From IMG/VR virus record IMGVR_UViG_3300025030_000050, positions 1 through 64,000 of that record: a DNA stretch of 64,000 bases. One strand, written 5' to 3'. This DNA comes from a virus. The translations under genes and the position numbers were made by a program. Below are positions 50,489 through 60,147 of the stretch, piece after piece (positions within the stretch are counted from its first letter, which is position 1; each line of letters begins with the position of its first letter). Below the pieces are notes generated by a model, which was not told the origin of the DNA, made no database searches, and saw nothing but the letters and a program-made list of their open reading frames with translations.

Positions 50489-52405
50489 ATGAATGATTTC
50501 CAGAAATATATCCATATTTCTAAATACGCTAGATATTTAGATAAAGAAAAAAGAAGAGAGACATGGGAAGAGACAGTCAGTCGATATGTCCAATTCTGGG
50601 AAAGAAAATATCCAGAATTAATTATGGGCGATTTTAAAACAGAGATGTTTAATGTCATTTATAATTTAGAATCAATGCCTTCTATGCGAGCATTAATGAC
50701 ATCAGGAAAGGCTTTAGAAAGAGACAATGCCTCTGGATACAATTGTACTGGTTGTGCTATAACAAACCCAAGGGTTTTTGACGAATTGTTTTACTTGCTT
50801 ATGTGCGGCTGTGGCTGCGGATTTTCAGTCGAAAGACAATATATTGTAAAACTACCTGAAGTGCCAGAAGAATTTTTTAAAAGTGATACTATTATATCAG
50901 TAGCAGATTCAAAAATAGGATGGGCATCAGCGTTAAGAGAATTAATAAGTTTGCTTTATGCCGGTAAAATTCCTAAATGGGATTTATCTAAAATAAGGCC
51001 CGCTGGAGCAAGATTGAAAACATTTGGTGGAAGAGCAAGTGGTCCTGATCCATTAAATTCATTATTTAATTTTGTTGTAAAAACATTTAAAAATGCTACT
51101 GGTCAAAGACTTAACAGTTTAGAATGCCACGACATTATGTGTAAAATTGCAGATACAGTTATTGTCGGTTCAGTAAGAAGGGCGGCGATGATTAGTTTCT
51201 CTAATCTATCAGATGATAGAATGAGAAGAGCAAAGAAAGGGGAATTTTGGTTAACTGCTCCTCAAAGATCATTAGCTAATAATTCTACAGCATATACAGA
51301 AAAACCAGATCTCGACGCTTTCTCAAAAGAATGGAGAAATCAATACATTTCTAAATCTGGAGAGAGGGGAATCGTAAATAAAATAGCTTTAAAGAAAAAA
51401 GCAGAATCTTGTGGAAGGGAATATGAAGGAGATTATATTTTAAATCCTTGCGCTGAAGCTATTTTAAGAGATTCAGGACAAATGTGTAACTTATCAGAAG
51501 TTGTTATAAGACCAGAGGATTCATTAGAAGAATTAAAAAGAAAAGTAAAATGGGCGGCAATTTTAGGAACACTCCAGTCAACCTTAACCGATTTCCGTTA
51601 TTTGAGAAAAATATGGAAAGATAATATAAAAGAAGAAAGATTACTTGGAATTTCATTGACTGGCATTATGGACCATCCAGTAATGAGCGGAGAATGGGAT
51701 AAATTCGATGATACTGTATGGGATCATTCAAGCTTTTGCGGTACATTTTCACTAAAAGAAGTCTTAGAAATATTAAAACAAACGGCAAGAGAAACGAATG
51801 AAATATGGGCAAATAAATTAGAAATAAACAAATCAAAACAATTGTCTTTAATAAAACCTAGCGGAACAGTTTCACAACTCGTTAATTGTTCTTCTGGAAT
51901 ACACCCTCGAATGTTCCCTTATTACATTAGAAGAGTCAGACAAGATAAAAAAGATCCATTGTCTAATCTCATGATTGACCAAGGTGTTCCATTTATAGAA
52001 GAACAGGATAAATATATTTTCTCTTTTTATATAAAATCACCAGAAAATGCTATAACTTCTGATAATGTAAATGCTTTAGATCAATTAGTATTATGGAAAA
52101 TATATCGTAATTATTGGTGTGATGGGAATCCAAGTCAAACAATCTACTATACAGATGACGAATATTTTGCTATAGCTGATTGGATATGGAAAAATTGGGA
52201 TGAAATAGGAGGTCTTTCATTTTTTCCTAAAAATGATCATTGTTATGAAAATGCACCATACCAACAAATTACACAAAAAGAATATGAAAAGGCTATCTCA
52301 ACCTTCCCAAAAATTGACTGGACTCAATTAATAAATTATGAAAAGGAAGATTTAACAACCTCTAATCAAGAGTTCGCATGTAGTGGAGGAAGTTGCGAAA
52401 TTTAG
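50489..52405 (+). CDS. nrdJ: class II (B12-dependent) monomeric ribonucleotide reductase
   Basis: RRETWEE, PSMRALM, ARLKTFGGRASGP, NPCAE, CNLSE, KPSGTVSQL, C-terminal CSGGSCEI. Confidence 0.95.
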   Translation: MNDFQKYIHISKYARYLDKEKRRETWEETVSRYVQFWERKYPELIMGDFKTEMFNVIYNLESMPSMRALMTSGKALERDNASGYNCTGCAITNPRVFDELFYLLMCGCGCGFSVERQYIVKLPEVPEEFFKSDTIISVADSKIGWASALRELISLLYAGKIPKWDLSKIRPAGARLKTFGGRASGPDPLNSLFNFVVKTFKNATGQRLNSLECHDIMCKIADTVIVGSVRRAAMISFSNLSDDRMRRAKKGEFWLTAPQRSLANNSTAYTEKPDLDAFSKEWRNQYISKSGERGIVNKIALKKKAESCGREYEGDYILNPCAEAILRDSGQMCNLSEVVIRPEDSLEELKRKVKWAAILGTLQSTLTDFRYLRKIWKDNIKEERLLGISLTGIMDHPVMSGEWDKFDDTVWDHSSFCGTFSLKEVLEILKQTARETNEIWANKLEINKSKQLSLIKPSGTVSQLVNCSSGIHPRMFPYYIRRVRQDKKDPLSNLMIDQGVPFIEEQDKYIFSFYIKSPENAITSDNVNALDQLVLWKIYRNYWCDGNPSQTIYYTDDEYFAIADWIWKNWDEIGGLSFFPKNDHCYENAPYQQITQKEYEKAISTFPKIDWTQLINYEKEDLTTSNQEFACSGGSCEI

Positions 52406-52408
52406 TCC

Positions 52409-52437
52409 TTGCATTTATTTTGAAAACGTGGTATAAA
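52409..52437 (+). promoter_or_regulatory. sigma70-type promoter
   Basis: TTGCAT-17nt-TATAAA with TG extension. Confidence 0.6.
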
Positions 52438-52699
52438 GATAGTTATGGAAACAAAAGTTAAAGAGTTGGTATAGAAATTAGACATCTATTAACAGCAAGA
52501 GGACAGAAATGGCTGAGATTAAAATTGTTATTGATGAGAAAAAACTAAAGGAGCTTATTTCAGATCATCTTTACGATCTGTTTGGAAGCCTTACTTTTAC
52601 TGAAGAAGAAATTAGTATAATGGTAAAATCTAAACAGAATTATAAAAGTGAGTGGGAGAAAGCAGATTTTAAAGCAGAAATAAATAAAAGTTTTTAACC

Positions 52700-53362
52700 A
52701 TGACAAATCAAGAAATAACAATTTTAACCTCAGTTAAAACAATCTTAGAATACTTGGATTCAAAATATGGTTTTAAACTAAACTCAGTAAGGTTTCACAA
52801 ACTCATTAAATCACAAGGATTCCCCGTAACTAAAATTGGAATCAAGTATGCGGCAAGAACTGATTTTATTGACAAGTGGATTGACGATTTATTTAACAAT
52901 AAAATTATTGAAAATATTAGAAATAGATATGATTTAGTTAGAAAACCTGAAAGAAAAGGACCAAGTAAATTTATTGATAAGGTAAAATACAGATACCCTA
53001 AAAAGAGAGGTAGAAAAAAAACCTGGAAAGAAGAAATAGATACTAAAAGTTGGGAATTTTTTCTTAAGAAAATAGATTTGGTATTGCCATGGTATGATAA
53101 TAAAAACCGAAACATGATTTATTCAAGTGCTAAGAAGCTGATCTTAAATAAATGTTCAGTTACACTTATTGTGAATGTTATAGAGCAATGTATGTGGGCT
53201 TCGTATCGTGAAGCCCTTCATGCATATCAAAAAGAAGGCACACCTTTTCTTAATTTTAGAGAAAGAAAGAAATTTGGGAGCTGGAAAGAAAAAGTAAGGG
53301 GGAAATTAACAATTGGAGATAACGTCTCAATTAATAAAGAAGATAAACCAATTAAAGAATGA
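52700..53362 (+). CDS. DNA-binding protein with N-terminal excisionase-like HTH
   Basis: KLIKSQGFPVTKIG..Y.A....IDKWI. Confidence 0.55.
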   Translation: MTNQEITILTSVKTILEYLDSKYGFKLNSVRFHKLIKSQGFPVTKIGIKYAARTDFIDKWIDDLFNNKIIENIRNRYDLVRKPERKGPSKFIDKVKYRYPKKRGRKKTWKEEIDTKSWEFFLKKIDLVLPWYDNKNRNMIYSSAKKLILNKCSVTLIVNVIEQCMWASYREALHAYQKEGTPFLNFRERKKFGSWKEKVRGKLTIGDNVSINKEDKPIKE

Positions 53363-53921
53363 CAATTACGTTCCTTTAAAATTACAGTTTAATGAAAGTA
53401 CGTATATTAAAATTTTAGAGGAATGTAATTTTATAAAGAAAGAAAACGGAGAATATATTTGGTATTCTCCTAAATTAGTAGAAACGAGTTCTAACACACC
53501 TGGGGTCAATACATTTTTTGGCCTGCCATTTGTCATTGAAGACGAAGGTTTCGATTGGGCTATAGTTTCAGAGGAGAAAAGTAATGGATGAAATAGATAA
53601 GTTGGGTATGAAAGCAAATCTAGTTAATGAAATTTGCGGATTAAATCACGGCCATTGGGATTGTCCAGATCCACAAGCAGTTGATTATATTGTAGCACCA
53701 TTTGGATATAAAGTCGGAGACATAGAATACATGCAAACACAAGAATTTGCTATTCCTGTTTGTAAGTGCTGTGCAGAAACATTATATAGCAATGACAAGG
53801 AGTGGATTCTGTACTATTGTATAAATTGTAATAGCTCGCAATGGATAATTAGACAATTGATGGGCATTAACAGCCAAAGACCAATGGTTGAATGGCTTGA
53901 CGAATGCCCCAAATGTAAGGC

Positions 53922-54182
53922 TCAGACTTTATAAAATCTTACATTATCAATCTGTTTGACGAAACTTGTTTTGGTCGCCCATTTAGGTGCGCTAATGCTA
54001 ATATCGTAATAACTATTAGCATTAGCGACTTCGGTTATATCTTTTCCAAACCAAGCCTTAGCTTTTACTCTATTCAAAATAACAGCAGCAATTCCTGTCT
54101 TAACTTCTTTACTTGCGCCTCTAGCTTCTCTCCAAATCATTAAAGCTAAAAATACAGTATCGGCTATTTTTAATAATTCCAT
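53922..54182 (-). CDS. SleB/Hydrolase_2 cell-wall hydrolase, apparently internally deleted
   Basis: LAL.IWREARG, A.VILNRV, PKWA, QI..VRFY; central QFS segment missing. Confidence 0.7.
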   Translation of the reverse strand: MELLKIADTVFLALMIWREARGASKEVKTGIAAVILNRVKAKAWFGKDITEVANANSYYDISISAPKWATKTSFVKQIDNVRFYKV

Positions 54183-54185
54183 TTC

Positions 54186-54296
54186 TCACATTTGGCAATT
54201 TATACAAACGCAACCACAATAAATACATTTTTCTTTATTGCTGCCATTCTCAATTTCAAAAACCATACCACAATTTTTGCAAATATAAATTATCAT
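54186..54296 (-). CDS. 36-aa zinc-ribbon peptide
   Basis: MIIYICKNCG...KCIYCG; below the ORF track cut-off. Confidence 0.5.
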   Translation of the reverse strand: MIIYICKNCGMVFEIENGSNKEKCIYCGCVCINCQM

Positions 54297-54574
54297 TTTC
54301 TCCCATTTTCTCTCAATATAGAATCCATCATATCTGTTTCTAAACTTTTAATTCTAGCCGCATTATTTTTTATATCTGCTTCTGCCTTAACAATCGTCAA
54401 GTTTTCCATTGATATTGAATTACTCAAAACACCAAAACCAGTTTCCATTTTGTCAACTCTTTTAATTATATATCCCTGCATACCTACCATTATCACTACT
54501 GCGATTCCAATTACCCATTGAGTCACAGTAAAGCGTGTACAGGTTTCGACATTACAGCTTTTCACCATAGTCAT
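54293..54574 (-). CDS. single-TM coiled-coil protein (holin/anti-holin-like)
   Basis: one TM segment plus coiled coil, upstream of the hydrolase. Confidence 0.45.
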   Translation of the reverse strand: MTMVKSCNVETCTRFTVTQWVIGIAVVIMVGMQGYIIKRVDKMETGFGVLSNSISMENLTIVKAEADIKNNAARIKSLETDMMDSILRENGRK

Positions 54575-54795
54575 TCTCCTTATATTCTATAAGAGACAAA
54601 GCTTCATATAAATAACATCTTTCCAAAACAAGATTTATCTCTTTTTTATTTTCAACTATAAAATCATTATCCATAATTAATTCATATATTATCTGTTTTT
54701 AAATACCCTCTGCCATAAATTGTACAATTACCACAACTGACACATCTTTTTTTGTCTTTTGTGAATTTATACATTTACAATCCTTGGTTAAATTA

Positions 54796-56796
54796 TCACC
54801 ACTCAGCAGCATAAATTGGGACATAGCCAAGTAAAACTCCACTTGAGTTATAAATAGGCCAGGCTTTAGATGTTGCTCCTGATGGTGTGTTGGCATTACT
54901 AGTGGTATTCCCTACTCCCAATCCATCACCAGCTCCAAGAGACAAAACATTAGCCGCTGTACGACTCAGAGTTACATCTACTGCTGTCGCTCCACCAGCA
55001 CCAAAAGACATAACTCCATCGCCAGTTAAATTAAATGTAGGTTGAGCATCTAAAGTTCCACCAGTAGATTGATGAACTCGAAGAACAATATTTGCCCCAC
55101 CTCGGACTACTTGGATATAATCATTGTCCACAATTCTAATATAATTATCTTCATCAGCCATCCAGCCATTGTAATTATCAAAAAATTCAAAGATTGTAGT
55201 TGTTGAGTTATTAGTAATATTAGATGCTGTAACTGGACGAAAATCATTTGACATTTGACCACTTGTTATATATGTATAATAAGCAGTCGCGGCTATTGTT
55301 CCACCTTTAAGACCTCCGTCTTTACATCTTAAAAACTCCACATTGATACAATTAGAAAGATCAAACGCTGGGATGCCTGCTTCAGTAGCAAATGAACTAC
55401 GATCAAATAGAATACCTCTAGGAATTTCCCCACCTTCATTAGAAATTTTTAAACCTACTGCTCCGGCATCAGGAGATGGGTAGCCTATGCTTTCAATATG
55501 ATGACGGACAAAGCTATAACGTCCACCTGCAGCAACATGAATCCCATGTAAACTATTAGCTTCGGTCACAACATCTATAAGCGTAACACCAAACGGACCA
55601 CTGTTAACATCAGCTAAAGCTTCAGTTAAATTACCATCGAAATGGATGCCTACCTTCCCACCCCAATAAGCACCACCTTTAAAATTCATAGTAGTGCCAT
55701 CAGCAACGTATGCCTGGTACTCTGTGTTGTCCCAACTATTCACGTTGTCTATTGAAGTTTCAAGACATCTTATCAGATAAAGGCCTGCATTAGTAAATCC
55801 AGTAACTTTAAGCTCTTTAATGGTCATACTCTGTGCAACACCGTAAAGAGCCAGCCCATTAGTCCCTGTCCCACCTCCATCAAGATACAAATTAGTAAAC
55901 TCAAGTCCCCTGGTCCAGTTAGCAGGATGCTGAACCTGAGAGTAGGTATTAAATATCGGAACAGCCGCAGTTGATACTAATTTCCCATTTCTGAAGATCC
56001 AATCTAGTCTAGGAGTAGAACCTGCTCCTGGGTCTGGTAAAGTGAGAACTGTCCCTATTCCATATCCCAACACACCACTTGCAGAAAAATCAAATATCCG
56101 ATTAGTTGAAGTTCCAACTGAATCAATCATAGACTGAAGTTCTGTACTAACATCTGTGCCATCACCAATACCAACCCACCATCCAGCATATAAAACAGTA
56201 TCGGGATAACCAGAAAAATCAGTCACTAAATTTGCCCCAATCCAATACTGCCCAGGAGAAGCAACAACCCCACCAGTTATAACTAATGTCTCGGTTCCGC
56301 CTCCAGCAGTACCATCAAAATAACCGCCTTCAGAAAGATTTAATATCCCATTAACTGTTAATGTAACCCCATCTGCTAAAGTAGTTATACAACCCTTAAC
56401 ACCTCGTAAAGTCAGTGTTGTAGGGGAAGCCAGATCAGCACTAACTGTATTATCTACATCAAGGGCTAAAATAGTTTCTGTTGCGCCGATATCGGTTAAA
56501 GCAGCGCTTAAACTGCCTGCATAATCAGCATATAAATATTTTATCCCTTCTTCTCCAACATTATGCAAATCCCACCATAAATTTCCGGGATTAGAATCGG
56601 GAATAATAACCCATGGGGAATTTTCAACAGCTCCAACACTCTCTTTCAACAAATATTGTCTAGCTCTACCAGCAACATATGTTAAAGCGACATCGCCTGC
56701 CGCTAAACTAGCGCCGTCAATAGCGTCTAAATTACCTGTTCCCCCAGACCAGGCACCTCCACCAATTAACCCCGTTGTTTTATAAAAAGTAGCCAT
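54796..56796 (-). CDS. tailspike / receptor-binding protein with beta-helix (pectate-lyase-like) domain
   Basis: Gly/Thr/Asn-rich repeats, D...LQ..ID motif, position after the tail genes. Confidence 0.75.
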   Translation of the reverse strand: MATFYKTTGLIGGGAWSGGTGNLDAIDGASLAAGDVALTYVAGRARQYLLKESVGAVENSPWVIIPDSNPGNLWWDLHNVGEEGIKYLYADYAGSLSAALTDIGATETILALDVDNTVSADLASPTTLTLRGVKGCITTLADGVTLTVNGILNLSEGGYFDGTAGGGTETLVITGGVVASPGQYWIGANLVTDFSGYPDTVLYAGWWVGIGDGTDVSTELQSMIDSVGTSTNRIFDFSASGVLGYGIGTVLTLPDPGAGSTPRLDWIFRNGKLVSTAAVPIFNTYSQVQHPANWTRGLEFTNLYLDGGGTGTNGLALYGVAQSMTIKELKVTGFTNAGLYLIRCLETSIDNVNSWDNTEYQAYVADGTTMNFKGGAYWGGKVGIHFDGNLTEALADVNSGPFGVTLIDVVTEANSLHGIHVAAGGRYSFVRHHIESIGYPSPDAGAVGLKISNEGGEIPRGILFDRSSFATEAGIPAFDLSNCINVEFLRCKDGGLKGGTIAATAYYTYITSGQMSNDFRPVTASNITNNSTTTIFEFFDNYNGWMADEDNYIRIVDNDYIQVVRGGANIVLRVHQSTGGTLDAQPTFNLTGDGVMSFGAGGATAVDVTLSRTAANVLSLGAGDGLGVGNTTSNANTPSGATSKAWPIYNSSGVLLGYVPIYAAEW

Positions 56797-56966
56797 TAAT
56801 TACCCCCTAAGTCATTTTGAACGTTAGTTATGACCTTATTTTTCATTTCATTAATTTGTGTTTTTAAAACCTGAATTTCTTCATTGGCAAGTCTTAAATT
56901 TATTGTCAATTCCCCTACGATTTGAAGAATTTTATTTAATTTATCTTGGTCCATATCTTCTCCCCA

Positions 56967-59747
56967 TTAAGCTGTTGCTGCAACTAAAACATAAATTGTT
57001 GAACCACCAAAATCAACTTCAACTGTCCCTACCGGAGTCGTATTAGATCCTGTAGTTCCGGCACTATGCATAACGTCTTGAGTTAAAACCTGAAGAGTTG
57101 TTAGCCCAGAAATAGAACCACCTGTTATACTAACATTGTCAGAAGCTTGTGTAGAAATACTACCAATACCTAAAGTTGATCTTGCCGCAATATTATTCGC
57201 ATCATCTAATAAAGTTCGCGCAAAGGGAGTTATATCTGTTTCTGCCGCTGTATTTGCAGCAGTTGTATATACCATCTTATCGGCAGCAGTCCCCAACCCT
57301 GCAATACTTGTTAAAAACACATCGTAAGCTTGAATATCGACTCCAATTTCTAAATCAATAGAAGCTAGAAAAGTAGCTGTATCTTCAATCGTTAATACCT
57401 CACCTGTTGGGACAGTAATACTCCCTTCAAAATATGGAGCTGTCCCATCAGTATAAATTTGGAAGACAACGCCGAGTACAGAGTCATAACCTATTAACCC
57501 ACTTGGGCTAATTTGAACATAATTACTTCCAGTATATGATTTTATTCTTTGATTTGCAGAATCTATTTCAACTCCATCAACAGATAACATTGTTGATGTC
57601 AGAGTGAAGCCACCAATAGTTCCACCACTAGCATAAATAGACTCACAATAATTATTTCCACTCTCATCAATTCTAAAAGGAGCTGTTGAAGGCGTAGCTC
57701 CACCCGCCCAAATTCTCCAATCCGTAGCCCCAGTTACTTCACTATTTAAACCAACTAAACCATTACTAGCGGTAAGACTATATTGATTTGCAGTAAACCC
57801 ACATAATTTATTCACTCCTGATCCGTCTAATCTTAATATAGAAACAGCATTTGAATCTAAAATTTCAAGGCCATAGTCATTTGTCCCCAAATCTCCTATT
57901 TTTAATCTAGTTGTCCCATTTTCAACAAATTTTTGAATAGGCTCATTAGGATCAAAATAAATATAATTTACCCCTGCTCCAATTCTAAAAACACCCTTAA
58001 CTGTATTTTGAGTATTGCCAGTACTAGTTGTTGAATCTGGCCCAGAGATCATAGGTGAATAAACTTGAGCAGAACTGGTATCATCTAAAACTGTTAAAGT
58101 AGTAACAGATAGGTCTGCAAAATCATCTAAAGCTTCTTTAAACTGAATACAATTTATACTTATTCCACTAGCTCTGGTAAAAGAAATAGAATCAATCAAA
58201 GCCGTATATGTTCCACCATATTTAGCAGAACTAATTGTTATAGCATCATCAGGATTTAAACCAAGTAATTTATATTTCCCAGAAAAAGAAATATTAGCTT
58301 TTTGTAATAAACGGCGTTGATAATACAAAATTCCAATTTTTTGCGCTACATCTGAATTTTGTATAAATGGGATATTTAGGTTTGATGTAGATATATCATC
58401 AGTGCTTGTTTTTGCAGGAACCAAAACTTTAATAAATTTGTCTTGAGCTTCATTGGTTTGTTGAAATGAAATATATCCAGAATCAGATTGAGTTTGTGTG
58501 ACAAGGTTATAATTAAAGGAACCCATTCCAACAGTATTGGGGTTAATTACAATAGCTTCATCAATTGTTTTTTGGCTAGCTTTAATTAAAGGTTGTAGTT
58601 CTATTTTATCATTAACAATTAAAGTAGAATGACAACAATTTAACAATTCGCCCAAAACTTCTGCTTTTGGCCTTTTATAATAATAGGCATAATTAAATAA
58701 AATGCCTTGACTGTCATATGTTGCTTTTGATGTAATAAAACTATCACCTATATCAATACTAGGTACGCCCATATCAAGCAAAACGAACTTAATTGCATCT
58801 GCTGGATTATGAATATTAGTTGTATTGGACTTATCAAATTGACATGGGATATCAAGGAAAGTATCTCCCTGCATCCACAATCCATTAGCATCAGCGTCTC
58901 CATCTCCATTGCTATCTGCAATTATGGCTTGAAAAACAGAATAATTTGTTGAATTCAGGGTTTTAGAAGTTTTGCCAAATGTATAAGAACTAGCATCCCA
59001 TTCAGACTTAGCATTCCCCCATGCTCGTGGAGATCTGACTTTATGGATATTATAGTCATATCCTGCCTCTCCGAGCAAATAATACCTTTGGTTCGTTATA
59101 TAAATTGAACGCAAAGGTATATAAGCTTTCCCAATAGGTACTGGTACACAAATATTATCATCGTTCACATCAGAACTAATACTTAATTCTTTAACTAATT
59201 TAGTATTTGGGTAATCACCACGTAAATATTTTTGTAACCAATCCTCGCAGGTAAACTTTATTTGATTATATACTTCTTCAGATCTTCTAATATTAAATTT
59301 AAAAAAACGAATAATTGCATCATCAGTACCGTTGCCAACGATTAACCTTATCAAAAGTGTGGCATCAATAAAATCAGCAGCAGTTAAAGACGCACTTGCA
59401 TTGCCAACAGAAAAAGACATTTCACTAGGCGCAATTATACCATATTCTGACCTAGACCGATTTAAAGTTACGCCACTAAATGTTTCTGGTACAATTTTAA
59501 ACGCATAAACGTCTGTATTAGCCCAAAAGTCAATGCCAGCAGCCCATGATATGCCAGAAGCCCAAACACCGCTTAGAGAAGCGTTTAGGGTCGTTAAATC
59601 ACTATCTGCTTTGGTACTCCACAAATACTTAACATTTGCAGCAGTAGTTATTTCAAACAACCAGTCAATGGTTTTATAATTTGAATCAACTAAAGCTTGT
59701 TTTGTTGTATTAAAAGTTATTGACATTTTAATCAGCGATCCTACCAA
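56967..59747 (-). CDS. tail tip / central fibre protein
   Basis: NPAD.I..VL hub motif, GTIGGFT repeats, QAYD..LT.IAGL...FARTLLDD fibre segment. Confidence 0.75.
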   Translation of the reverse strand: MVGSLIKMSITFNTTKQALVDSNYKTIDWLFEITTAANVKYLWSTKADSDLTTLNASLSGVWASGISWAAGIDFWANTDVYAFKIVPETFSGVTLNRSRSEYGIIAPSEMSFSVGNASASLTAADFIDATLLIRLIVGNGTDDAIIRFFKFNIRRSEEVYNQIKFTCEDWLQKYLRGDYPNTKLVKELSISSDVNDDNICVPVPIGKAYIPLRSIYITNQRYYLLGEAGYDYNIHKVRSPRAWGNAKSEWDASSYTFGKTSKTLNSTNYSVFQAIIADSNGDGDADANGLWMQGDTFLDIPCQFDKSNTTNIHNPADAIKFVLLDMGVPSIDIGDSFITSKATYDSQGILFNYAYYYKRPKAEVLGELLNCCHSTLIVNDKIELQPLIKASQKTIDEAIVINPNTVGMGSFNYNLVTQTQSDSGYISFQQTNEAQDKFIKVLVPAKTSTDDISTSNLNIPFIQNSDVAQKIGILYYQRRLLQKANISFSGKYKLLGLNPDDAITISSAKYGGTYTALIDSISFTRASGISINCIQFKEALDDFADLSVTTLTVLDDTSSAQVYSPMISGPDSTTSTGNTQNTVKGVFRIGAGVNYIYFDPNEPIQKFVENGTTRLKIGDLGTNDYGLEILDSNAVSILRLDGSGVNKLCGFTANQYSLTASNGLVGLNSEVTGATDWRIWAGGATPSTAPFRIDESGNNYCESIYASGGTIGGFTLTSTMLSVDGVEIDSANQRIKSYTGSNYVQISPSGLIGYDSVLGVVFQIYTDGTAPYFEGSITVPTGEVLTIEDTATFLASIDLEIGVDIQAYDVFLTSIAGLGTAADKMVYTTAANTAAETDITPFARTLLDDANNIAARSTLGIGSISTQASDNVSITGGSISGLTTLQVLTQDVMHSAGTTGSNTTPVGTVEVDFGGSTIYVLVAATA

Positions 59748-60147
59748 CTACTTTTAGTCTTACATCAGGAATTGTATGAAGTCCAGGAACAGAAATGCTC
59801 CTATTAAGCTTGCCCGCAAACCTTACAACATATGTATGACCTCCAGCATCGGCAGGGGCAGTCCATTTAAATGTCCTTGACATACCATTTCCTTTAGCTG
59901 CGTCATGATAAAAATCAATTATTGTACCGGCATCACTAGAATCTTTATTGTTCCATCTCAGAGTAATAAAAAATATTGACGTATTGGATAAAGCTATTCT
60001 TTCTTCACTTCCGTCATCACCTGTTAATATCACCGCCGATTTTTCCCCTTCTTCAACAATGACATCGCTTGGGCTAACACTTAGTGTTGTAGTTGAGTAA
60101 TCTGGGGTAACAGTACTTAAATAGTCATAAAGCTCTTGATTCGCCAT
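59728..60147 (-). CDS. distal tail (Dit-like) protein
   Basis: 139 aa immediately after the tape measure; G.EER, F.W, YVVRF. Confidence 0.6.
   Translation of the reverse strand: MANQELYDYLSTVTPDYSTTTLSVSPSDVIVEEGEKSAVILTGDDGSEERIALSNTSIFFITLRWNNKDSSDAGTIIDFYHDAAKGNGMSRTFKWTAPADAGGHTYVVRFAGKLNRSISVPGLHTIPDVRLKVVGRIAD

Noticed and set aside
90-53617. Numerous - strand ORFs in the early region (and + strand ORFs in the tail region)
   Set aside because: They are antisense shadows of recognisable genes, with F/L/S/I-rich composition and no RBS.
54796-59747. Diversity-generating retroelement targeting tail proteins
   Set aside because: No reverse transcriptase or TR/VR repeat pair was seen in this window.
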